Source: Eledone cirrhosa
Lineage: Eukaryota
Direction of reading: 5' to 3'
Length of the DNA: 64,000 nucleotides
Assembly: GCA_964016885.1 (NCBI GenBank)
Contig: OZ024744.1
Span: 23,870,001-23,934,000, forward strand
A program made the translations under genes and the position numbers. The notes under the pieces were generated by a model. It worked only from the letters and a program-made list of their open reading frames with translations. It did no database searches and was not told the DNA's origin. Shown here piece by piece: positions 28,116 through 41,900 of this stretch; the stretch's first letter is position 1; every line of letters begins with the position of its first letter.

Positions 28116-31100
28116 ACAGTTGAATCTTAAGAACTGACTCGTTTTAACAACAGCTGAAGTTTAAGATAAAACTCGTTTTAACAACAGTTGAATCTTAAGA
28201 ACTGACTCGTTTTATCAACAGTTCAACCTTAAGAACTGACTTATTTTAACAAAAGTTGAATCTTCAAATAAAACTCGTTTTAACAACAGTTGAATGTTAA
28301 GAACTGATTCGTTTTAACAACAGCTGAATCTTAAGATAAACTCGTTTTAACAACAGTTGAATCTTAAGATAAACCTCGTTTTAACAACAGTTTAATCTTA
28401 AGAACTGACTCGTTTTAACAACAGTTGAATCTTAAGATAAAATTCGTTTTAACAACAGTTGCATCTTAAGAACTGACTCGTTTTAACAACAGTTGAATCT
28501 TAAGATAAAACTCGTTTTAACAACAGTTGAATCTTAAGAACTGTCTCGTTTTAACAACAGTTGAATCTTAAGAACTGACTCGTTTTAACAACAGTTGAAT
28601 CTTATGATAAAACTCATTTTAACAACAGTTGAATCTTAAGAACTAACTCGTTTTAACAACAGTTGAATCTTAAGAACTGACTCGTTTTAACAACAGTTGA
28701 ATCTTAAGAACTGACTCGATTTATAAACAGTTCAACCTTAAGAACTGACTCGTTTTAACAACAGTTGAATCTTCAAATAAAACTCGTTTTAACAACAGTT
28801 GAATATTAAGAACTGACTCGTTTTAACAGTAGTTGAATCTTAATATAAAACTCGTTTTAACAACAGTTGAATCTTTAGATAAACCTCGTTTTAACAACAG
28901 TTTAATCTTAAGAACTGACTCGTTTTAACAACAGTTGAACCTTATATAACATTCGTTTTAACAACAGTTGAATCTTAAGAACTGATTCGTTTTAACAACA
29001 GTTCAAACTTAAGAACTGACTCGTTTTAACAACAGCTGAATCTTAAGATGAAACTCGTTTTAACAACAGTTGAATCTTAAGAACTGACTCGTTTTAACAA
29101 CAGATGAATCTTAAGATAAACCTCGTTTTAACAACAGTTGAATCTTAAGAACTGATTCGTTTTAACAACAGCTGAATCTTAAGATAAACTCATTTTAACA
29201 ACAGCTGAATCTTAAGATAAAACTCGTTTTAACAACAGTTGAATCTTAAGAACTGATTCGTTTTAACAACAGATGAATCTTGAGATAAAACTCGTTTTAA
29301 CAACAGTTGCATCTTAAGAACTGGCTCGTTTAAACGACAGTTGAATCTTAAGGTAAAACTCGTTTTAACAACAGTTGAATCTTAAGAACTGACTCGTTTT
29401 AACAACAGTTAAATCTTAAGATAAAACTCGTTTTAACAACAGTTGAATCTTAAGAACTGACTCGTTTTATCAACAGTTCAACCTTAAGAACTGACTGGTT
29501 TTAACAACAGTTGAATCTACAAATAAAACTCGTTTTAACAACAGTTGAATCTAAAGAACTGACTCGTTTTAACAACAGTTGAATCTTAAAATAAAACTCG
29601 TTTTAACAACAGTTGAATCTTAAGAACTGACTCATTTTAACAACAGTTGAATCTTAAGATAAAACTCGTTTTAACAACAGCTGAATCTTAAGATTAAACT
29701 CGTTTTAACAACACTTGAATCTTAAGACAAAACCCGTTTTAACAACAGTTGAATCTTAAGAACTGTCTCGTTTTAACGACAGTTGAATCTTAAGAACTGA
29801 CTCATTTTAACAACAGTTGAATCTTCAAATAAAACTCGTTTTAACAACAGTTGGATCTTAAGAACTGATTCGTTTTAACAACAGCTGAATCTTAAGATAA
29901 ACTCGTTTTAACAACAGTTGAATCTTAAGATAAAACTCGTTTTAACTACAGTTGAATCTTAAGAACTGACTCGTTTTAACAACAGCTGAATCTTAAGATA
30001 AAACTCGTTTTAACAACAGTTGAATCTTAAGAACTGATTCGTTTTAACAACAGATGAATCTTAAGATAAACCTCGTTTTATCAACAGTTGCATCTTAAGA
30101 ACTGGCTCGTTGAAACAACAGTTGAATTTTAAGATAAAACTCGTTTTAACAACAGTTGAATCTTAAGAACTGACTCGTTTTATCAACAGTTCAACCTTAA
30201 GAACTGACTCATTTTAACAACAGTTGAATCTTCAAATAAAACTCGTATTAACAACAGTTGAATCTTAAGAACTGACTCGTTTTATCAACAGTTCAACCTT
30301 AAGAACTGACTCGTTTTAACAACAGTTGAATCTTCAAATAAAACTCGTTTTAACAACAGTTGAATCTAAAGAACTGACTCGTTTTAACAACAGTTGAATC
30401 TTAAGATAAAACTCGTTTTAACAACAGTTGAATCTTAAGAACTGACTCATTTTAACAACAGTTGAATCTTAATATAAAACTCGTTTTAACAACAGCTGAA
30501 TCTTAAGAACTGTCTCGTTTTAACGACAGTTGAATCTTAAGAACTGACTCGTTTTAACAACAGCTGAAGTTTAAGATAAAACTTGTTTTAACAACAGTTG
30601 AATCTTAAGAACTGACTCGTTTTATCAACAGTTCAACCTTAAGAACTGACTCATTTTAACAAAAGTTGAATCTTCAAATAAAACTCGTTTTAACAACAGT
30701 TGAATGTTAAGAACTGATTCGTTTTAACAACAGCTGAATCTTAAGATAAACTCGTTTTAACAACAGTTGAATCTTAAGATGAACCTCGTTTTAACAACAG
30801 TTTAATCTTAAGAACTGACTCGTTTTAACAACAGTTGAATCTTAAGATAAAATTCGTTTTAACAACAGTTGCATCTTAAGAACTGACTCGTTTTAACAAC
30901 AGTTGAATCTTAAGATAAAACTCGTTTTAACAACAGTTGAATCTTAAGAACTGTCTCGTTTTAACAACAGTTGAATCTTAAGAACTGACTCGTTTTAACA
31001 ACAGTTGAATCTTATGATAAAACTCATTTTAACAACAGTTGAATCTTAAGAACTAACTCGTTTTAACAACAGTTGAATCTTAAGAACTGACTCGTTTTAA

Positions 31101-32918
31101 CAACAGTTGAATCTTAAGAACTGACTCGTTTTATAAACAGTTCAACCTTAAGAACTGACTCGTTTTAACAACAGTTGAATCTTCAAATAAAACTCGTTTT
31201 AACAACAGTTGAATATTAAGAACTGACTCGTTTTAACAGTAGTTGAATCTTAATATAAAACTCGTTTTAACAACAGTTGAATCTTTAGATAAACCTCGTT
31301 TTAACAACAGTTTAATCTTAAGAACTGACTCGTTTTAACAACAGTTGAACCTTATATAACATTCGTTTTAACAACAGTTGAATCTTAAGAACTGATTCGT
31401 TTTAACAACAGTTCAAACTTAAGAACTGACTCGTTTTAACAACAGCTGAATCTTAAGATGAAACTCGTTTTAACAACAGTTGAATCTTAAGAACTGACTC
31501 GTTTTAACAACAGATGAATCTTAAGATAAACCTCGTTTTAACAACAGTTGAATCTTAAGAACTGATTCGTTTTAACAACAGCTGAATCTTAAGATAATCT
31601 CATTTTAACAACAGCTGAATCTTAAGATAAAACTCGTTTTAACAACAGTTGAATCTTAAGAACTGATTCGTTTTAACAACAGATGAATCTTAAGATAAAA
31701 CTCGTTTTAACAACAGTTGCATCTTAAGAACTGGCTCGTTTAAACAACAGTTGAATCTTAAGGTAAAACTCGTTTTAACAACAGTTGAATCTTAAGAACT
31801 GACTCGTTTTAACAACAGTTAAATCTTAAGATAAAACTCGTTTTAACAACAGTTGAATCTTAAGAACTGACTCGTTTTATCAACAGTTCAACCTTAAGAA
31901 CTGATTGGTTTTAACAACAGTTGAATCTACAAATAAAACTCGTTTTAACAACAGTTGAATCTAAAGAACTGACTCGTTTTAACAACAGTTGAATCTTAAA
32001 ATAAAACTCGTTTTAACAACAGTTGAATCTTAAGAACTGACTCATTTTAACAACAGTTGAATCTTAAGATAAAACTCGTTTTAACAACAGCTGAATCTTA
32101 AGATTAAACTCGTTTTAACAACAGTTGAATCTTAAGACAAAACCCGTTTTAACAACAGTTGAATCTTAAGAACTGTCTCGTTTTAACGACAGTTGAATCT
32201 TAAGAACTGACTCATTTTAACAACAGTTGAATCTTCAAATAAAACTCGTTTTAACAACAGTTGGATCTTAAGAACTGATTCGTTTTAACAACAGCTGAAT
32301 CTTAAGATAAACTCGTTTTAACAACAGTTGAATCTTAAGATAAAACTCGTTTTAACTACAGTTGAATCTTAAGAACTGACTCGTTTTAACAACAGCTGAA
32401 TCTTAAGATAAAACTCGTTTTAACAACAGTTGAATCTTAAGAACTGATTCGTTTTAACAACAGATGAATCTTAAGATAAACCTCGTTTTATCAACAGTTG
32501 CATCTTAAGAACTGGCTCGTTGAAACAACAGTTGAATTTTAAGATAAAACTCGTTTTAACAACAGTTGAATCTTAAGAACTGACTCGTTTTATCAACAGT
32601 TCAACCTTAAGAACTGACTCATTTTAACAACAGTTGAATCTTCAAATAAAACTCGTATTAACAACAGTTGAATCTTAAGAACTGACTCGTTTTATCAACA
32701 GTTCAACCTTAAGAACTGACTCGTTTTAACAACAGTTGAATCTTCAAATAAAACTCGTTTTAACAACAGTTGAATCTAAAGAACTGACTCGTTTTAACAA
32801 CAGTTGAATCTTAAGATAAAACTCGTTTTAACAACAGTTGAATCTTAAGAACTGACTCATTTTAACAACAGTTGAATCTTAATATAAAACTCGTTTTAAC
32901 AACAGCTGAATCTTAAGA
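28116..32918. repeat. Tandem higher-order duplication, period 2,410 bp (71 monomers), two copies
   Basis: Markers CAGCTGAAGT (28151/30561), CTTATATAAC (28941/31351) and AGGTAAAACT (29351/31761) share offset 2410. Confidence 0.88.
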
Positions 32919-35900
32919 TTAAACTCGTTTTAACAACAGTTGAATCTTAAGACAAAACCCGTTTTAACAACAGTTGAATCTTAAGAACTGTCTCGTTTTA
33001 ACGACAGTTGAATCTTAAGAACTGACTCCTTTTAACAACAGCTGAATCTTAAGATTAAACTCGTTTTAACAACAGTTGAATCTTAAGACAAAACCCGTTT
33101 TAACAACAGTTGAATCTTAAGAACTGTCTCGTTTTAACGACAGTTGAATCTTAAGAACTGACTCGTTTTAACAGCAGTTGAATCTTAATATAAAACTCGT
33201 TTTAACAACAGTTGAATATTAAGATAAAACTCGTTTTAACAACAGTTGAATCTTAAGAACTAACTCGTTTTAACAACAGTTGAATCTTAAGAACTAACTC
33301 GTTTTAACAACAGTTGAATCTTAAGATAAAACTCGTTTTAACAACAGTTGAATCTTAAGAACTGACTCGTTTTAACAACAGCTGAATCTTAAGATAAAAC
33401 TCGTATTAACAACAGTTGAATCTTAAGAACTGACACGTTTTATCAACAGTTCAACCTTAAGAACTGACTCGTTTTAACAACAGTTGAATCTTCAAATAAA
33501 ACTCGTTTTAACAACAGTTGAATCTAAAGAACTGACTCGTTTTAACAACAGTTGAATCTTAAGATAAAACTCGTTTTAACAACAGTTGAATCTTAAGAAC
33601 TGACTCATTTTAACAACAGTTGAATCTTAAGATACAACTCGTTTTAACAACAGCTGAATCTTAAGATTAATCTCGTTTTAACAACAGTTGAATCTTAAGA
33701 CAAAACCCGTTTTAACAACAGTTGAATCTTAAGAACTGTCTCGATTTAACGACAGTTGAATCTTAAGAACTGGCTCGTTTTAACAACAGCTGAATCTTAA
33801 GATTAAACTCGTTTTAACAACAGTTGAATCTTAAGACAAAACCCGTTTTAACAACAGTTGAATCTTAAGAACTGTCTCGTTTTAACAACAGTTGAATCTT
33901 AAGATAAACCTCGTTCTAACAACAGTTTAATCTTAAAAACTGACTCGTTTTAACAACAGTTGAATCTTAAGATAAAATTCGTTTTAACAACAGTTGAATC
34001 TTAAGAACTGATTCGTTTTAACAACAGTTCAAACTTAAGAACTGACTCGTTTTAACAACAGTTGAATCTTATGATAAAACTCATTTTAACAACAGTTGAA
34101 TCTTAAGAACTGATTCGTTTTAACAACAGATGAATCTTAAGATAAACCTTGTTTTAACAACAGTTGAATCTTAAGAACTGTCTCGATTTAACGACAGTTG
34201 AATCTTAAGAACTGACTCGTTTTAACAACAGTTGAATCTTACGATAAAACTCGTTTTAACATCAGTTGAATCTTAAGAACTGACTAATTTTAACAACAGC
34301 TGAATCTTAAGATAAAACTCGTTTTAACAACAGTTGAATCTTAAGAACTGACTCGTTTTAACAACAGTTGAATCTTATGATAAAACTCATTTTAACAACA
34401 GTTGAATGTTAAGATAAAACTCGTTTTAACAACAGTTGAATCTTAAGAACTGACTCTTTTTAACAACAGTTGAATGTTAAGATAAAACTCGTTTTAACAA
34501 CAGTTGAATCTTAAGAACTGACTCGTTTTAACAACAGTTGAATCTTAAGAACTGACTCGTTTTAACAACAGTTGAATCTTATGATAAAACCCATTTTAAC
34601 AACAGTTGAATCTTAAGATTAAACTCGTTTTAACAACAGTTGAATCTTAAGAACTAACTCGTTTTAACAACAGTTGAATCTTAAGATAAAACTCGTTTTA
34701 ACAACAGTTGAATCTTAAGAACTGACTCGTTTTAACAACAGCTGAATCTTAAGATAAAACTCGTATTAACAACAGTTGAATCTTAAGAACTGACACGTTT
34801 TATCAACAGTTCAACCTTAAGAACTGACTCGTTTTAACAACAGTTAAATCTTCAAATAAAACTCGTTTTAACAACAGTTGAATCTAAAGAACTGACTCGT
34901 TTTAACAACAGTTGAATCTTAAGATAAAACTCGTTTTAACAACAGTTGAATCTTAAGAACTGACTCATTTTAACAACAGTTGAATCTTAAGATACAACTC
35001 GTTTTAACAATAGCTGAATCTTAAGATTAATCTCGTTTTAACAACAGTTGAATCTTAAGACAAAACCCGTTTTAACAACAGCTGAATCTTAAGATAAAAC
35101 TCGTATTAACAACAGTTGAATCTTAAGAACTGACTCGTTTTAACAACAGTTCAAACTTAAGAACTGACTCGTGTTAACAACAGCTGAATCTTAAGATGAA
35201 ACTCGTTTTAACAACAGTTGAATCTTAAGAACTGATTCGTTTTAACAACAGCTGAATCTTAAGATAAACTCGTTTTAACAACAGTTGAATCTTAAGATAA
35301 AACTTGTTTTAACAACAGTTGTATCTTAAGAACTGATTCGTTTTAACAAAAGATGAATCTTAAGATAATCCTCGTTTTAACAACAGTTGCATCTTGAGAA
35401 CTGGCTCGTTTAAACAACAGTTGAATCTTAAGATAAAACTCGTTTTAACAACAGTTGAATCTTAAGAACTGACTCGTTTTAACAACATTTGAATCTTAAG
35501 ATAAAACTCGTTTTAACAACAGTTGAATCTTAAGAACTGACTCATTTTAACAACAGTTGAATCTTAAGATAAATCTCGTTTTAACAACAGCTGAATCTTA
35601 AGATTAAACTCGTTTTAACAACAGTTGAATCTTAAGACAAAACCCGTTTTAACAACAGTTGAATCTTAAGAACTGTCTCGTTTTAACGACAGTTGAATCT
35701 TAAGAACTGACTCGTTTTAACAACAGCTGAATCTTAAGATTAAACTCGTTTTAACAACAGTTGAATCTTAAGACAAAACCCGTTTTAACAACAGTTGAAT
35801 CTTAAGAACTGTCTCGTTTTAACAACAGTTGAATCTTAAGATAAACCTCGTTTTAACAACAGTTTAATCTTAAGAACTGACTCGTTTTAACAACAGTTGA

Positions 35901-38900
35901 ATCTTAAGATAAAATTCGTTTTAACAACAGTTGAATCTTAAGAACTGACTCGTTTTATAAACAGTTCAACCTTAAGAACTGACTCGTTTTAACAACTGTT
36001 GAATCTTCAAATAAAACTCGTTTTAACAACAGTTGAATATTAAGAACTGACTCGTTTTAACAGCAGTTGAATCTTAATCTAAAACTCGTTTTAATAACAG
36101 TTGAAGCTTAAGATAAAACTCGTTTTAACAACAGTTGAATCTTAAGAACTGACTCGTTTTATCAACAGTTCAACCTTAAGAACTGACTCCTTTTAACAAA
36201 AGTTGAATCTTCAAATAAAACTCGTTTTAACAACAGTTGAATGTTAAGAACTGATTCGTTTTAACAACAGCTGAATCTTAAGATAAACTCGTTTTAACAA
36301 CAGTTGAATCTTAAGATAAACCTCGTTTTAACAACAGTTTAATCTTAAGAACTGACTCGTTTTAACAACAGTTGAATCTTAAGAACTGACTCGTTTTAAC
36401 AACAGTTGAAGTTTAAGATAAAACTCGTTTTAACAACAGTTGAATCTTAAGAACTGACTCATTTTAACAACAGTTGAATCTTAAGAACTGTCTCGATTTA
36501 ACGACAGTTGAATCTTAAGAACTGGCTCGTTTTAACAACAGCTGAATCTTAAGATTAAACTCGTTTTAACAACAGTTGAATCTTAAGACAAAACCCGTTT
36601 TAACAACAGTTGAATCTTAAGAACTGTCTCGTTTTAACAACAGTTGAATCTTAAGATAAACCTCGTTTTAACAACAGTTTAATCTTAAAAACTGACTCGT
36701 TTTAACAACAGTTGAATCTTAAGATAAAATTCGTTTTAACAACAGTTGAATCTTAAGAACTGATTCGTTTTAACAACAGTTCAAACTTAAGAACTGACTC
36801 GTTTTAACAACAGTTGAATCTTATGATAAAACTCATTTTAACAACAGTTGAATCTTAAGAACTGATTCGTTTTAACAACAGATGAATCTTAAGATAAACC
36901 TTGTTTTAACAACAGTTGAATCTTAAGAACTGTCTCGATTTAACGACAGTTGAATCTTAAGAACTGACTCGTTTTAACAACAGTTGAATCTTACGATAAA
37001 ACTCGTTTTAACATCAGTTGAATCTTAAGAACTGACTAATTTTAACAACAGCTGAATCTAAAGATAAAACTCGTTTTAACAACAGTTGAATCTTAAGAAC
37101 TGACTCGTTTTAACAACAGTTGAATCTTATGATAAAACTCATTTTAACAACAGTTGAATCTTAAGATAAAACTCGTTTTAACAACAGTTGAATCTTAAGA
37201 ACTAACTCGTTTTAACAACAGTTGAATCTTAAGATAAAACTCGTTTTAACAACAGTTGAATCTTAAGAACTGACTCGTTTTAACAACAGCTGAATCTTAA
37301 GATAAAACTCGTATTAACAACAGTTGAATCTTAAGAACTGACACGTTTTATCAACAGTTCAACCTTAAGAACTGACTCGTTTTAACAACAGTTGAATCTT
37401 CAAATAAAACTCGTTTTAACAACAGTTGAATCTAAAGAACTGACTCGTTTTAACAACAGTTGAATCTTAAGATAAAACTCGTTTTAACAACAGTTGAATC
37501 TTAAGAACTGACTCATTTTAACAACAGTTGAATCTTAAGATACAACTCGTTTTAACAATAGCTGAATCTTAAGATTAATCTCGTTTTAACAACAGTTGAA
37601 TCTTAAGACAAAACCCGTTTTAACAACAGCTGAATCTTAAGATAAAACTCGTATTAACAACAGTTGAATCTTAAGAACTGACTCGTTTTAACAACAGTTC
37701 AAACTTAAGAACTGACTCGTGTTAACAACAGCTGAATCTTAAGATGAAACTCGTTTTAACAACAGTTGAATCTTAAGAACTGATTCGTTTTAACAACAGC
37801 TGAATCTTAAGATAAACTCGTTTTAACAACAGTTGAATCTTAAGATAAAACTTGTTTTAACAACAGTTGTATCTTAAGAACTGATTCGTTTTAACAACAG
37901 ATGAATCTTAAGATAATCCTCGTTTTAACAACAGTTGCATCTTGAGAACTGGCTCGTTTAAACAACAGTTGAATCTTAAGATAAAACTCGTTTTAACAAC
38001 AGTTAAATCTTAAGAACTGACTCGTTTTAACAACAGTTGAATCTTAAGATAAAACTCGTTTTAACAACAGTTGAATCTTAAGAACTGACTCATTTTAACA
38101 ACAGTTGAATCTTAAGATAAATCTCGTTTTAACAACAGCTGAATCTTAAGATTAAACTCGTTTTAACAACAGTTGAATCTTAAGACAAAACCCGCTTTAA
38201 CAACAGTTGAATCTTAAGAACTGTCTCGTTTTAACGACAGTTGAATCTTAAGAACTGACTCGTTTTAACAACAGTTTAATCTTAAGAACTGACTCGTTTT
38301 AACAACAGTTGAATCTTAAGATAAAATTCGTTTTAACAACAGTTGAATCTTAAGAACTGACTCGTTTTATAAACAGTTCAACCTTAAGAACTGACTCGTT
38401 TTAACAACTGTTGAATCTTCAAATAAAACTCGTTTTAACAACAGTTGAATATTAAGAACTGACTCGTTTTAACAGCAGTTGAATCTTAATCTAAAACTCG
38501 TTTTAATAACAGTTGAAGCTTAAGATAAAACTCGTTTTAACAACAGTTGAATCTTAAGAACTTACTCGTGTTAACAACAGGTGAATTTTAAGATAAAACT
38601 CGTTTTAACAACAGTTGAATCTTAAGAATTGACTCGTTTTATCAACAGTTCAACCTTAAGAACTGACTCCTTTTAACAAAAGTTGAATCTTCAAATAAAA
38701 CTCGTTTTAACAACAGTTGAATGTTAAGAACTGATTCGTTTTAACAACAGCTGAATCTTAAGATAAACCTCGTTTTAACAACAGTTTAATCTTAAGTACT
38801 GACTCGTTTTAACAACAGTTGAATCTTAAGATAAAACTCGTTTTAACAACAGTTGAATCTTAAGAACTGACTCGTTTTAACAACAGTTGAAGTTTAAGAT

Positions 38901-41900
38901 AAAACTCGTTTTAACAACAGTTGAATCTTAAGAACTGACTCGTTTTATCAACAGTTCAGCCTTAAGAACTGACTCATTTTAACAAAAGTTGAATCTTCAA
39001 ATAAAACTCGTTTTAACAACAGTTGAATGTTAAGAACTGATTCGTTTTAACAACAGCTGAATCTTAAGATGAACTCGTTTTAACAACAGTTGAATCTTAA
39101 GATAAACCTCGTTTTAACAACAGTTTAATCTTAAGAACTGACTCGTTTTAACAACAGTTGAATCTTAAGATAAAATTCGTTTTAACAACGGTTGCATCTT
39201 AAGAACTGACTCGTTTTAACAACAGTTGAATCTTAAGATAAAACTCGTTTTAACAACAGTTGAATCTTAAGAACTGTCTCGTTTTAACAACAGTTGAATC
39301 TTAAGAACTGACTCGTTTTAACAACAGTTGAATCTTATGATAAAACTCATTTTAACAACAGTTGAATCTTAAGAACTAACTCGTTTTAACAACAGTTGAA
39401 TCTTAAGAACTGACTCGTTTTAACAACAGTTGAATCTTAAGAACTGACTCGTTTTAACAACAGTTGAATCTTCAAATAAAACTCGTTTTAACAACAGTTG
39501 AATATTAAGAACAGACTCGTTTTAACAGTAGTTGAATCTTAATATAAAACTCGTTTTAACAACAGTTGAATCTTTAGATAAACCTCGTTTTAACAACAGT
39601 TTAATCTTAAGAACTGACTCGTTTTAACAACAGTTGAACCTTATATAACATTCGTTTTAACAACAGTTGAATCTTAAGAACTGATTCGTTTTAACAACAG
39701 TTCAAACTTAAGAACTGACTCGTTTTAACAACAGCTGAATCTTAAGATGAAACTCGTTTTAACAACAGTTGCATCTTAAGAACTGACTCGTTTTAACAAC
39801 AGTTGAATCTTAAGATAAAACTCGTTTTAACAACAGTTGAATCTTAAGAACTGTCTCGTTTTAACAACAGTTGAATCTTAAGAACTGACTCGTTTTAACA
39901 ACAGTTGAATCTTATGATAAAACTCATTTTAACAACAGTTGAATCTTAAGAACTAACTCGTTTTAACAACAGTTGAATCTTAAGAACTGACTCGTTTTAA
40001 CAACAGTTGAATCTTAAGAACTGACTCGTTTTATAAACAGTTCAACCTTAAGAACTGACTCGTTTTAACAACAGTTGAATCTTCAAATAAAACTCGTTTT
40101 AACAACAGTTGAATATTAAGAACTGACTCGTTTTAACAGTAGTTGAATCTTAATATAAAACTCGTTTTAACAACAGTTGAATCTTTAGATAAACCTCGTT
40201 TTAACAACAGTTTAATCTTAAGAACTGACTCGTTTTAACAACAGTTGAACCTTATATAACATTCGTTTTAACAACAGTTGAATCTTAAGAACTGATTCGT
40301 TTTAACAACAGTTCAAACTTAAGAACTGACTCGTTTTAACAACAGCTGAATCTTAAGATGAAACTCGTTTTAACAACAGTTGAATCTTAAGAACTGACTC
40401 GTTTTAACAACAGATGAATCTTAAGATAAACCTCGTTTTAACAACAGTTGAATCTTAAGAACTGATTCGTTTTAACAACAGATGAATCTTAAGATAAACC
40501 TTGTTTTAACAACAGTTGAATCTTAAGAACTGTCTCGATTTAACGACAGTTGAATCTTAAGAACTGACTCGTTTTAACAACAGTTGAATCTTACGATAAA
40601 ACTCGTTTTAACATCAGTTGAATCTTAAGAACTGACTAATTTTAACAACAGCTGAATCTTAAGATAAAACTCGTTTTAACAACAGTTGAATCTTAAGAAC
40701 TGACTCGTTTTAACAACAGTTGAATCTTATGATAAAACTCATTTTAACAACAGTTGAATGTTAAGATAAAACTCGTTTTAACAACAGTTGAATCTTAAGA
40801 ACTGACTCTTTTTAACAACAGTTGAATGTTAAGATAAAACTCGTTTTAACAACAGTTGAATCTTAAGAACTGACTCGTTTTAACAACAGTTGAATCTTAA
40901 GAACTGACTCGTTTTAACAACAGTTGAATCTTATGATAAAACCCATTTTAACAACAGTTGAATCTTAAGATTAAACTCGTTTTAACAACAGTTGAATCTT
41001 AAGAACTAACTCGTTTTAACAACAGTTGAATCTTAAGATAAAACTCGTTTTAACAACAGTTGAATCTTAAGAACTGACTCGTTTTAACAACAGCTGAATC
41101 TTAAGATAAAACTCGTATTAACAACAGTTGAATCTTAAGAACTGACACGTTTTATCAACAGTTCAACCTTAAGAACTGACTCGTTTTAACAACAGTTGAA
41201 TCTTCAAATAAAACTCGTTTTAACAACAGTTGAATCTAAAGAACTGACTCGTTTTAACAACAGTTGAATCTTAAGATAAAACTCGTTTTAACAACAGTTG
41301 AATCTTAAGAACTGACTCATTTTAACAACAGTTGAATCTTAAGATACAACTCGTTTTAACAATAGCTGAATCTTAAGATTAATCTCGTTTTAACAACAGT
41401 TGAATCTTAAGACAAAACCCGTTTTAACAACAGCTGAATCTTAAGATAAAACTCGTATTAACAACAGTTGAATCTTAAGAACTGACTCGTTTTAACAACA
41501 GTTCAAACTTAAGAACTGACTCGTGTTAACAACAGCTGAATCTTAAGATGAAACTCGTTTTAACAACAGTTGAATCTTAAGAACTGATTCGTTTTAACAA
41601 CAGCTGAATCTTAAGATAAACTCGTTTTAACAACAGTTGAATCTTAAGATAAAACTTGTTTTAACAACAGTTGTATCTTAAGAACTGATTCGTTTTAACA
41701 ACAGATGAATCTTAAGATAATCCTCGTTTTAACAACAGTTGCATCTTGAGAACTGGCTCGTTTAAACAACAGTTGAATCTTAAGATAAAACTCGTTTTAA
41801 CAACAGTTGAATCTTAAGAACTGACTCGTTTTAACAACAGTTGAATCTTAAGATAAAACTCGTTTTAACAACAGTTGAATCTTAAGAACTGACTCATTTT